In this document: positions 18,673 through 27,786 of the stretch, piece by piece
How positions within the stretch are numbered: the stretch's first letter is position 1
How the letters are laid out: the number at the start of each line of letters is the position of its first letter
NCBI GenBank assembly: GCA_000817105.1
Contig: JUEP01000001.1
Coordinates: 109,095-173,094, forward strand
Source of the DNA: a marine actinobacterium MedAcidi-G3
GTDB taxonomy: Bacteria > Actinomycetota > Acidimicrobiia > Acidimicrobiales > Poriferisodalaceae
Reading direction: 5' to 3'
Length of the DNA: 64,000 nt
Position numbers and translations under genes: made by a program
The notes under the pieces: model-generated
What the model was told of the DNA's origin: nothing
Databases searched by the model: none
Seen by the model: the letters and a program-made list of their open reading frames with translations, nothing else

Positions 18673-20408
18673 GACTGCTTGTCTCCTATTAAGCCCAACT
18701 GAACGGCAGACTGCACAGCTGACGCAGCGGTCTGGCCAAGTCCGCAAATAGAAGAATCAGTCATAACGGCGGCTATCTCTTCGAGAAGTAGGTCGTTATC
18801 GCTTGTCGGCTTTCGGTTTCCTATTTGGATCAAAAGCTCATGCTGTCGCACGGTTCCAATTCTGCATGGCACACATTGGCCGCACGACTCATCGCGAAAG
18901 AATTTGGCCAGCCTCATCAAGACGGCCGACAGGTCGACTCTTGATGAGAACACCATCACTGCGCCAGACCCGAGTGTTAGACCCTCAGCCTTGGTGTCTT
19001 CAAACGTGAGGGGTATATCTAAATGCCGGGAATCGGCGAAGCTCCCTGCGGCGCCTCCAAGGAGAATAGCTTGTAGGTCCCCGGTGACGCCCCCTGCTCT
19101 GACCAGCAGCTCTCTTAGCGTGATACCGAATTCAGCTTCATACAGTCCCGGCTCCGAAACGTCTCCCGAAAGACAGAACAGTTTGGTTCCTGGTGAGTTG
19201 GTCGTCCCGGCCGATCGATAACTCTCGACTCCGTTGTTAAGAATTTCCAGAACATTGAGGAACGTTTCCGGATTGTTGACGATGGTGGGTTGCCCAAACA
19301 ACCCACTGTCTGTCGGATAGGGCGGCTTACTGCGAGGCTCGCCCCGAAAGCCTTCGATGGAGTTGAAGAGTGAGGTCTCTTCACCACAGATGTAAGCGCC
19401 AGCGCCACGCCGGATTTCTATGTCGAAGTTATAGGGACTTCCTAAGATGTTGGTGCCCAATAGATTCCAAGCCGTCGCATCAGTTAGTGCCGCTCCCATC
19501 CGTTCGGCCGCTGTTGTGTATTCGCCTCGAATGTAGATCCACCCTTTTTCGCAACCTGCAGAGATACCGGCAATTGTCATTGCTTCGACCAATGCGAAAG
19601 GGTCACTTTCCATGATGACTCGGTCTTTGAAAGTTCCTGGCTCGCTCTCATCGGCATTAGCTACAACGTATTTAACCAGGGCGTCCTTAGCGGCTACCGC
19701 TTCCCATTTAACGCCAGTGGGGAATGCTGCGCCCCCGCGACCGGTCAGTCCTGACTTTTTAAGTTGCTCAATTACGTGCTCGCCTCCCTTGTTGATGGCG
19801 AGATGCAGCGCTTCGTAGCCACCATGCCGTCTGTATGTTTCAAGATCGGTGCATTCAATTTCGCCGATTCGCTTGAGCAGCCGACTGGGTTCGGCTTCCG
19901 CCACCTTTATCGGGGTTTTAGTGGCAGCCGCAAGGTCTTGACTCGCGCCGTGCTTGATTTGCACGAAAGCCGCTGGTGGGCGTTCGCATTGTCCAAGGCA
20001 TGGGCTTTCGTGAACCCGATGGCCTTTGGTTCGAAGCTCGGCTATATACGACGCAGAGTTGCTGATAGCACATACAGGGTCGACACAAACATGATGCAAT
20101 GGACCTTCTGTATCGGGCTGTTCCAGCTCGAATAGCTCGTAAAAAGTGGCAACGCCGTATGCTTCGGCGATGGGGACTTGAAGCCTCTCCGCCAAGTAAC
20201 CCAAGCCTCCGGGTGTGATCCATCCCATCGTGTCCTGCAGAGCGTGGAGGCCGGGCAACAGTAGGTGGCGGCACTCTTCTTCCCGTGCCCTTCCGCCGAT
20301 TACCCAGCGCTCACTTCGTTGCTCTACCGGCGGGGTAGATATCAGTGCGTCGACTACTGCACGTTCGTCGGAGTCCGGTACCGCGTCGCTAAATTTTAGG
20401 TCAGGCAT
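18669..20408 (-). CDS. NAD-linked formate dehydrogenase diaphorase subunit (NuoE-NuoF fusion)
   Basis: NuoE-like N-terminus (YGVATFY, CLGQC), GRGGAAFPTG.KW, NADESEPGTFKDR, GAGAYICGEET, ESCGQCVPCR...CGLG. Confidence 0.93.
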   Translation of the reverse strand: MPDLKFSDAVPDSDERAVVDALISTPPVEQRSERWVIGGRAREEECRHLLLPGLHALQDTMGWITPGGLGYLAERLQVPIAEAYGVATFYELFELEQPDTEGPLHHVCVDPVCAISNSASYIAELRTKGHRVHESPCLGQCERPPAAFVQIKHGASQDLAAATKTPIKVAEAEPSRLLKRIGEIECTDLETYRRHGGYEALHLAINKGGEHVIEQLKKSGLTGRGGAAFPTGVKWEAVAAKDALVKYVVANADESEPGTFKDRVIMESDPFALVEAMTIAGISAGCEKGWIYIRGEYTTAAERMGAALTDATAWNLLGTNILGSPYNFDIEIRRGAGAYICGEETSLFNSIEGFRGEPRSKPPYPTDSGLFGQPTIVNNPETFLNVLEILNNGVESYRSAGTTNSPGTKLFCLSGDVSEPGLYEAEFGITLRELLVRAGGVTGDLQAILLGGAAGSFADSRHLDIPLTFEDTKAEGLTLGSGAVMVFSSRVDLSAVLMRLAKFFRDESCGQCVPCRIGTVRQHELLIQIGNRKPTSDNDLLLEEIAAVMTDSSICGLGQTAASAVQSAVQLGLIGDKQS

Positions 20409-22332
20409 GACTCACGCCTGCCGTTAGCTTCTCAATCTTGATCGAAGCGGCTTTAAACTCAGCAGTTCCACTTTTCGGATCCCATTCGTCATTGGTTAGT
20501 AGGTTGAGATCGACCAGCTCAGGGAAATGAAAAGTTGTAAAAGCTAGCCCGCGAGGTTGATCGTGACTGATCCCGATCTCCATTTCGACACTCCCGCGCG
20601 GTGAGGAAACGCGGACTCGTTCGCCCTGAATTAGATCCAGGGAGCTTGCATCCGCTTCGCTGATCTGAAGTCGATCCCCCGAGCGAATCGGTGAATTGTA
20701 GCCTCGCGATTGAACTCCAGTGTTGTATGAGTCCAAAGCCCTGCCCGTCGTTAGGCGGATCGGAAAGTCGTCGGAAAGCTGTTCTTTGGGACCTTCGTGG
20801 TTAGTTACAGAGAATGGCGCTCTTGGGTTCCCGTTGAGGTCTTCTTGCCAGAGCCAGTCGTGGAGGAATGGCGTTCCTGGATGAGTAATGTCGGGGCACG
20901 GCCATTGAATACCATCAAGCTTTTCGAGCCGTTCGTACGTCATTCCTGCGTGCATTGGCGACAGAGAACGAACTTCATCCCAAAGCTCTTCAGCACTTTC
21001 GGCCAACCATTTCGCTCCGAGTCTTTTGGCCAAGTCGCCAATAATCAAATGGTCGTCGCGCGCCCCGACCGGCCCTTGAACGGCTGGCCTGACGCGTTGA
21101 ACTCTTCGTTCGCTAGAAGTGACGGTTCCCTCCGCTTCAGCCCACCCCACCGTCGCAGGCAAGACAACATCAGCAAGCTCCGCAGTACGTGTTAGAAAAA
21201 TGTCTTGCACCACCAAGAAGTCCAGCTCACTGAGTAGCTTTCGAGTGTGCCCAACGTCGGCTTCTGAGTCTGCGGGATTTTCGCCAATGACATAGAGCGT
21301 CTTGATCGCCCCTTCGTCCATCGCCTCAAACATTTGCGTGAGGTGGAGTCCCGGTAAGGGATTGAGATCGACGCCATACGATGCTGAAAACTTTTGAAAG
21401 GATTCGACAGAAGTTAAATCCTGGAAGCCTGGGAGCTTGTTCGGGAGGGCTCCCATGTCCCCGCCACCCTGCACGTTGTTTTGACCTCGCAGCGGAACTA
21501 GGCCGGATCCCCATCGACCAACATGTCCTGTGAGGAGTGCAAGATTACACAAGGACAAAACGTTGTCGACCCCATTGTGATGCTCGGTAATTCCCAGGGT
21601 CCAAAGGATTTGAGCGGTTGAAGCCTCTGCATAGGACCTGGCCAGATCCTTTATGGCTTCTGGTGGGACGCCGGTGGCTTCGGAGGCATATTCGAGTGTG
21701 TAGCTTTCGACATGAGCTGCAAACGACTCAAAGCCCGATGTGGCACGGTCAATAAATTCTTTGTTGTGCATATCAGCCGAAATTATTTCCCGTGCAACGG
21801 CGTTAGCCAGCGCGATATCGGTTCCAACGTCGATGCCCAGCCAAGACTCAGCGAATTTTGCAGACGCTGTTCGCCTTGGGTCCACCGCATACATTTTGGA
21901 TCCGGCTTTAATTCCCTTCAGGACGTGATGGAAGTAGATCGGATGGGCCTCTCGGGCGTTAGAGCCCCAGAGCAGGACGAATTCAGCTTCCTCGACCTCA
22001 CGATAAGACGAAGTTCCCCCTCCCGCTCCAAACACTGTCGCCAGACCGACGACACTCGGAGCGTGTCAAGTTCGATTACAGGAGTCGATGTTGTTTGAAC
22101 CTATAGCGGTTCGCATAAACTTTTGCGCTGCATAGTTCATCTCGTTGGTGCTTTTCGAGCAGCTAAATAAGCCAAATGCATCAGGCCCATACTCTTGCAA
22201 GGTCAGCGAAAACTTTGCTGCAACAAGATCAAGGGCATCTTCCCAGGACGCTGGTCGCAGTTCGCCGCCTTGGCGAACGAGGGGCGTCTCTAGACGAGGT
22301 AGGGGCTTCGAATATTGAGTCCGTCGTTTCAT
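20401..22332 (-). CDS. fdhF: Selenocysteine-containing Mo/W formate dehydrogenase catalytic subunit (643 aa; in-frame UGA at 22066-22068)
   Basis: ORFs 22066..22332 and 20401..22035 are in frame and join as NNIDSCNRT-U-HAPSVVGL, matching the FdhF C-x-R-x-U/C-H site; LRGQNNVQG conserved; SECIS-like hairpin follows. Confidence 0.92.
22033..22065 (-). promoter_or_regulatory. Bacterial SECIS element of fdh
   Basis: mRNA UGA-CACGCUCCGAG-UGUCGUC-GGUCU-GGCGACA-GUG: 7-bp stem with G-first loop 18 nt after UGA, resembling the E. coli fdhF SECIS loop. Confidence 0.8.
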
Positions 22333-22411
22333 TTGCTCTCCGAGGGCGTTTACAGAGGTCAGGGTTATAAAACACAGTCTAGAAGCCCGATTGGTTTCCT
22401 TATCCGTTCTT

Positions 22412-22502
22412 GTTCCGCTATCCGGTGCATTCCCTTATTTTGGAGGGCTCGAGGATTGGCTTTCTTATTGACGATCTGGAATGCTGTTCCACTATGTGGC
22501 AC
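22412..22502. promoter_or_regulatory. Divergent fdh/iclR control region with two candidate operator boxes and a sigma70-like promoter
   Basis: GTTCCGCTATCCGGTGC (22412-22428) and GTTCCACTATGTGGCAC (22486-22502); TTGACG at 22468 then CACTAT at 22490, overlapping the second box. Confidence 0.55.
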
Positions 22503-22521
22503 AGTTCGGTCAGCGACTGAT

Positions 22522-23265
22522 ATGTCTGGCGTTCAATCAGTCCAGCGTGCTTTTTCGATCTTGCGGGCGTTAGCGGCAAGCACCATGGGAGTGACAGAAG
22601 TCGCTAAGGCGGTGGATCTCCCTAAGAGCACTGTGGCCCGCCTCTTGGCGACACTTGAGGATGAGGGAGCAGTTAATCAAGACTCGGCACGCGGCCAATA
22701 CCGAATAGGCGATGGCCTAGCGAGCATGGTTAACGAAGTGACAGGTGGAAAGAGCCTCACCGCGCTGTCTTATTCCTACCTCACTCGGCTCGCCACTGAG
22801 ATGGGAGAAACATCTGGGATCGGATTCTGTGAAGGTGCGCAAATTTACTACGCCGATCACGTGGAGCCAGATGCTGCAGTGCAGGTTCGGAGTTGGACAG
22901 GCGAGTACGCTCCTCTGCACCTTGTTCCTTCTGGAATAGTGACTTTAAGTAATTTTTCGGGCGAGGAGCTAGACGCGTATCTGGCGGGAGATCTTGTAGA
23001 GACATCTCCTCGGAGCGTCAGTAAGCCAACCGAGATCCGTTCTCGCCTTGATTTAGTGCGTATTCAGGGTTACGCGTGGGGTTTCGAAGAATTCGCAGAG
23101 GGTCTAAATTCAGTTGCAGCGCCTGTCCACGGAGCGGAAGGCGAACTTGTTGCGACCTTGCACGTCCACGGGCCTTCTTATCGGTTTCCTAAAGCTGGTG
23201 AGGCCGATGCGATAGGGCGACGCTTAGCTGAAGTTTGCAGCGAATTAAGCGGACATCTGGTTTGA
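22522..23265 (+). CDS. IclR-family transcriptional regulator
   Basis: VQSVQRAFSIL...LPKSTVARLL HTH; QGYA...EE...GLNSVAAPV effector domain; ATG at 22522. Confidence 0.95.
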   Translation: MSGVQSVQRAFSILRALAASTMGVTEVAKAVDLPKSTVARLLATLEDEGAVNQDSARGQYRIGDGLASMVNEVTGGKSLTALSYSYLTRLATEMGETSGIGFCEGAQIYYADHVEPDAAVQVRSWTGEYAPLHLVPSGIVTLSNFSGEELDAYLAGDLVETSPRSVSKPTEIRSRLDLVRIQGYAWGFEEFAEGLNSVAAPVHGAEGELVATLHVHGPSYRFPKAGEADAIGRRLAEVCSELSGHLV

Positions 23266-23269
23266 TCCG

Positions 23270-24220
23270 TTAAACCGCTTCTCGCCGGCGTCTTATTTCT
23301 TCGGCGATAGCAGGAACGACCTCATGCAAATCTCCGATCACGGCGTATCCGGCTTTAGAAACCATATTTGCCTCTGGATCTGTATTTACTGCAAGGATAT
23401 TTTTGGAGGCCATGGCGCCAACCCAGTGTTGGATCGCTCCAGATATACCGCAGGCAATGTAGATCTCTGGAGCAATACGTGTGCCGGTCTGCCCAACTTG
23501 ATCGGCGTGGCTGCGCCAGCCGTTGTTGGTAACCGCCCTGGAACAACCGACCTTGCCAGAAAGCAAGGTTGCGCCGACGCCACGGCCTCCGGACACCACA
23601 ACTGAAGCTGTAGAGAGTGTGGCGCCTTCTGCCTGGAGCGCGCGTTCCCTGACTAAGGTTCGTGCCAGCGACGGGTCGATGCCCACTTCGATTCTTTGGA
23701 CCGTAAGGTCTGTCTGGGTGTTCGATGCAGCTGCCTCAACTGCGTGGTGGGCGTAGGAAACAAAGATTAGGTCTCCTTCAACAGAAACGTCCTCTAATAG
23801 CGAGCCTCCCCATTGCGTTCGTGTCATTGACCAAGTCTCGTTGTGTTCGACCTGGATGCAATTCGCTATGAACGGGGTCTCAGTTCGAGCACTGGCCTGG
23901 GCTAAAACTTCGTTGCCCTTGTCCGTTCCTACTGCCATCACGACACGCGGTCGACGCAAATTAACCATCTCGGCGACAGCCTGCCCCCAAACCTCCGGTC
24001 CGTAGTCTGTTATCAAGGGCGATTCTAGAATCACGGCTTCGGAAATCCCGTATTGAGAACAGGTCGCTTCGAAATCTGAATCAAATGATCCGATAAAGAC
24101 GGCGACGACGAGTTCTTTGAGGTTGGCTGCTAACGCCGCCGCAGCGGTAAAGGCTTCATGAGTAGCTGGAGAAGTTGCTCCGCGATCGTGCTCGGCGATG
24201 ACGTAGACACCGCTCATCAC
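23270..24220 (-). CDS. etfA: Electron transfer flavoprotein alpha subunit (apparent short in-frame deletion)
   Basis: SGGRG, GCSRA, QVGQTG..IAPEIYIACGISGAIQH.VG, AVNTD. Confidence 0.92.
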   Translation of the reverse strand: MMSGVYVIAEHDRGATSPATHEAFTAAAALAANLKELVVAVFIGSFDSDFEATCSQYGISEAVILESPLITDYGPEVWGQAVAEMVNLRRPRVVMAVGTDKGNEVLAQASARTETPFIANCIQVEHNETWSMTRTQWGGSLLEDVSVEGDLIFVSYAHHAVEAAASNTQTDLTVQRIEVGIDPSLARTLVRERALQAEGATLSTASVVVSGGRGVGATLLSGKVGCSRAVTNNGWRSHADQVGQTGTRIAPEIYIACGISGAIQHWVGAMASKNILAVNTDPEANMVSKAGYAVIGDLHEVVPAIAEEIRRRREAV

Positions 24221-24984
24221 AGAACTCCTAACTCGTCCAAGAGGTCGACGACTCTACTTGCGGCGTCCGGTCCTGTGCCCAGGACTTCGGTTTCGGTAAC
24301 TTTTTCTTCAGGTCGGTGAAGCCTTACTAGTTGCTGTGGTCCCGGCAGTGCTTCGATTTGAGCTACCTGGATATCTGCCTTCTTGGAAGCTAAGCGGCCT
24401 TTCATAGTTGGGTATCTTGGCAAATTGATCCCTTCCTTTACGCCTAACACGGCGGGGGTCAGGAGTGAATAAACTTCCAATCCGCCGTCGACTTCTCGGT
24501 TCGCAACTAGGGAAGAGTCTTCTATCTCGATACCTTTGATTCCGTTCACCATGGGGCGGTCGAGTGCTACGGCTACGCGAACTCCTACTTGGTAGCCGCC
24601 CGCATCGGCTGACTCGTTCCCAAAAAGAATCAGATCAAATACCCCTGAGTCGGCTTCGAGTTGTGCGATGGCTTCAGTGATAGTCCTGGCTGTTCTTTGA
24701 GGGTCCCAATCTTGACCCGTGTCATTTAAGACCAAAGTAAATTCGTTACCTCCTACGCTTGCTGCATATCGGAGCTGTTCTTCAGCCTCGGCAGGGCCTA
24801 CTGTGAGAACCGAAACAGACCCACCGTGTTGCTCAGCCAACTGAGCTGCCTCTTCGAGGGCGCATTCTTCATGGGGACTTGTCGTAAAACCCAAATGTGC
24901 TGTGTCCACGTTTAAGCCATTTTCGGTCACGTTGATGCGTGACCCGGGTGCTGGGACCCGCTTTACACAGACAAGTATTCGCAT
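24217..24984 (-). CDS. etfB: Electron transfer flavoprotein beta subunit
   Basis: MRILVCVKRVP, ALEEA, DLILFGNESAD, N.PRYP. Confidence 0.93.
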   Translation of the reverse strand: MRILVCVKRVPAPGSRINVTENGLNVDTAHLGFTTSPHEECALEEAAQLAEQHGGSVSVLTVGPAEAEEQLRYAASVGGNEFTLVLNDTGQDWDPQRTARTITEAIAQLEADSGVFDLILFGNESADAGGYQVGVRVAVALDRPMVNGIKGIEIEDSSLVANREVDGGLEVYSLLTPAVLGVKEGINLPRYPTMKGRLASKKADIQVAQIEALPGPQQLVRLHRPEEKVTETEVLGTGPDAASRVVDLLDELGVL

Positions 24985-25016
24985 TTGCCTTCCTTTGGGA
25001 GCCGCTCAGACCGTCT

Positions 25017-27542
25017 CTATGCCTTCATGCGTTCATTGCTCTGATCGAAAAGTGCAAGGTTGGCACCTGAAGCCGCCACCTTCACTGGGTACGTCTCGTT
25101 TTGGTACATAACTAGCAGCTTTGTGTCTAACTCGCAGAGATTGGAGGGAAGGTACGCCATGAGTAGGTACTTGCCGATGGAGGGCGCATTGCCCGCAGTC
25201 GTTACTCGGCTCACTCGTCCCTTGACGTCCACTATTCGACTTCCGTCAGCAGTTAGGATCGGCTCGTTACCAGCTCCCATTGGGAAACGCTCATAGCCGG
25301 CGTCACAGGTCAGATCTTCCATCACTAGAACACATAGTTGGGCGCACGGCTCTTCCTTACGCTCCTCAAGATAAGCGTCTTTCCCTATGAAGTCTGCTGC
25401 TTTCACCTTCGGTCGAGCTAATCCGGCCTCAAGCGGTGTGTACTCGTCTTCAAGCTCTGAGCCCATGAGACGGTATCCCTTTTCGATTCGACCGCTGGTG
25501 CCGTAAACGGCTGCACCAACTGGACGCAAATCAAACGGCGGCCCTGCATCGGTGATGGCGTCCCACAAAGCAAGACCGTGTTGCATTGGGGTGTAGACCT
25601 CGAACCCTGCGTCTCCGACGTATGACACCCGGAACATCTCAGTCGGAATTCCTGCAATCAGAACTTCTTGATGGCTTCCGTATGGGAAGGAAGTTTGGCT
25701 TAGGTCTGTCTCTGTCAGTTCAGATAAAAGGTCGACCGCCCGTGGTCCCCATACACCTAGAGTGCAAATCGAATTTGTTCGGTTCTCGAAGTGGACTGTT
25801 CCGTCGCCAGGAAGGTTCTGCCGGAACCAATATTCGTCTCGACCGCCGTCAAAGGCACCAGTAATAATACGGAAACGGTCAGAGGCCAAGCGTAAAATTG
25901 TCAGATCGGACCTAAAACCGCCTGAATGGTTAAGCACTGGTGTATAGATCGAGGAACCAACTGGTAGGTCACACTTGTTCACAACCATCTTTTCGATGTA
26001 GCTAACGACACCAGGACCGGCCACTTCGAAGATCTGGAATGCAGAAAGATCAACGAGGGCTGCGTGTTGCCTCATGTGGAGATGTTCGGCATCAGATATT
26101 GGTGTCCACCAACGTCCGTCCCATTCGTGTTCTCGGCCTTCGATGGCGTATTTTTCAACTAGGTCGGCGTTTGACTCGTACCAGTGTGGACGTTCCCACC
26201 CGCCTGCTTCGAAATAGAAAGCGCCAAGCGCATCGGTGCGAGCCCTTACCGGGCCGTTAGTTACTCCCCTGCGGGTCGCCCATTGTTCGCGCGGGTGAAC
26301 AATTCCGTACGTCTTATTAAAGTGTTCTTCGGCTCGAGCCTCGATGTGGTGCACATTCCGTTGTTGGGCGTAAAAGCGCGTGATGTCGGCTCCATGGGGA
26401 TCAGTTACGTGTGGATAGCCGTGCGTCATCCATTCAGCCATGAGGCGTCCAACACCTGGTCCCTCCTTGATCCAAACTGCAGCCGCTGACCAAAGGTTCT
26501 CAACTTCAACTGTTGGTCCGAGCACTGGATTTGCGTCGGGGGTCAGAGACAGCAATCCATTGATTGCATATTTGATTTCTCCGTCCCCCAAAAACTCCAT
26601 TAACTCGATAGCTTCTTCCATCTGTTGGTCGAAGTCGTCGGCCGTGAAAGGCATCTCGGTGGGGCTGAGGGCCGCCTCTTCGTTAGAGGGTATCTCGTCG
26701 ACGCGATGCAGGATTGGCCTATGTGCGTAAGAGCCGACCTCCATGGACCCAGCTGTCTGACGTTCATAACAGAATGTGTCCATGTCACGGACAATCGGAT
26801 AGGCCAGTTCCTGCTGTGTCTCCACCAGAACATCAAATGGTCCGACATCGGCCATCTGATGGACAGCGGGGGTTAATGGGATGGTTGCTCCAGCCATTTC
26901 AGCGATCCGCGGACTCCAAACACCACAGGCAATGACTACCGTTTCGCATTCGATTCTGCCCTTATCAGTTACCACGGCAGTGACACGGGGCTTATTGCGC
27001 CCAGCACTAGTTTCGATGTCTAGAACTTCTGTATTCGCGAAGACCGCAAGGTGTCCTGCATCCTGCGCCTTCTTGCGCATCTGAGTGCCCGTCTCGAGAG
27101 AGTCGACGGCGCTTACGCTAGGCGTATAGAAGCCGCCTAGGATCACGTCTTCCGAGACGAAGGGTACAAATTCTTTGACTTCGGAAGGAGTCAGTAAAGA
27201 CGATGGGATACCCCAGCATTTTGCTGAAGTCATGCGGCGTTTGAACTCTTCCATTCTTTCGGGTGTTCGCGCAACCTCGATCCCGCCGCACGTGTTTTGT
27301 AGACCCATCTCTTCGTACTGGCGCTGACTTTCCAGTGTGAGGTCAACAATTTCTTTCGAATGATCTACAGGGAAGATGAAGTTAGACGCGTGGCCAGTCG
27401 ACCCGCCTGGATTTGGGAGGGGGCCTTTGTCCAGGAGAACTATGTCCTTCCACCCCATGTCACTCAAATGACTAACGAGGCAGTTGCCAACAATACCGGC
27501 GCCAATTACGACACATTGTGCCTCTTTAGGGAATTCGCTCAC
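25017..27542 (-). CDS. Dimethylglycine dehydrogenase/oxidase (FAD domain plus GcvT folate-binding domain)
   Basis: VIGAGIVG, GSTGHA covalent-FAD His, GWERP.WY, SYVGD.GFEVY, RIEKGY; GTG start after AAGGA. Confidence 0.88.
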   Translation of the reverse strand: MSEFPKEAQCVVIGAGIVGNCLVSHLSDMGWKDIVLLDKGPLPNPGGSTGHASNFIFPVDHSKEIVDLTLESQRQYEEMGLQNTCGGIEVARTPERMEEFKRRMTSAKCWGIPSSLLTPSEVKEFVPFVSEDVILGGFYTPSVSAVDSLETGTQMRKKAQDAGHLAVFANTEVLDIETSAGRNKPRVTAVVTDKGRIECETVVIACGVWSPRIAEMAGATIPLTPAVHQMADVGPFDVLVETQQELAYPIVRDMDTFCYERQTAGSMEVGSYAHRPILHRVDEIPSNEEAALSPTEMPFTADDFDQQMEEAIELMEFLGDGEIKYAINGLLSLTPDANPVLGPTVEVENLWSAAAVWIKEGPGVGRLMAEWMTHGYPHVTDPHGADITRFYAQQRNVHHIEARAEEHFNKTYGIVHPREQWATRRGVTNGPVRARTDALGAFYFEAGGWERPHWYESNADLVEKYAIEGREHEWDGRWWTPISDAEHLHMRQHAALVDLSAFQIFEVAGPGVVSYIEKMVVNKCDLPVGSSIYTPVLNHSGGFRSDLTILRLASDRFRIITGAFDGGRDEYWFRQNLPGDGTVHFENRTNSICTLGVWGPRAVDLLSELTETDLSQTSFPYGSHQEVLIAGIPTEMFRVSYVGDAGFEVYTPMQHGLALWDAITDAGPPFDLRPVGAAVYGTSGRIEKGYRLMGSELEDEYTPLEAGLARPKVKAADFIGKDAYLEERKEEPCAQLCVLVMEDLTCDAGYERFPMGAGNEPILTADGSRIVDVKGRVSRVTTAGNAPSIGKYLLMAYLPSNLCELDTKLLVMYQNETYPVKVAASGANLALFDQSNERMKA

Positions 27543-27659
27543 TGCTGATCCTTTTGCTGTGTTGCCTTTTCTCCGGTAGCCGGCCAATCGTACACGGCCA
27601 ACACGTTACTTAGTTCATTAACTCTGGTGACAGTGCAAAGCCTCCGATGAACTTCGCGT

Positions 27660-27694
27660 ATTCTGTATTATGGAACTGTTCCGTAGAACGAAAC
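27660..27694. promoter_or_regulatory. Tandem pair of candidate IclR-type operator boxes between the DMG dehydrogenase and fhs
   Basis: ATTCTGTATTATGGAAC-T-GTTCCGTAGAACGAAAC, same 17+1+17 layout as 7581-7615. Confidence 0.55.
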
Positions 27695-27786
27695 AATATC
27701 CTTCATCGGGACAGGCTGTTTATAAGCGGCTCAACATCTACCGGTTTCAGGTGTCACGGCAGTGATGCACTGGGAGGTACCAAGAA

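Noticed and set aside
20401-22332. fdh as a pseudogene or two separate genes
   Set aside because: The stop is UGA exactly at the catalytic Cys/Sec position and is followed by a SECIS-like hairpin
22315-22521. Long N-terminal extension of IclR given by the ORF track
   Set aside because: It overlaps the fdh start and the promoter/operator region; homology begins at ATG 22522
27695-27786. ZTP or THF riboswitch upstream of fhs
   Set aside because: No recognisable consensus elements; a cmscan would be needed to exclude it fully
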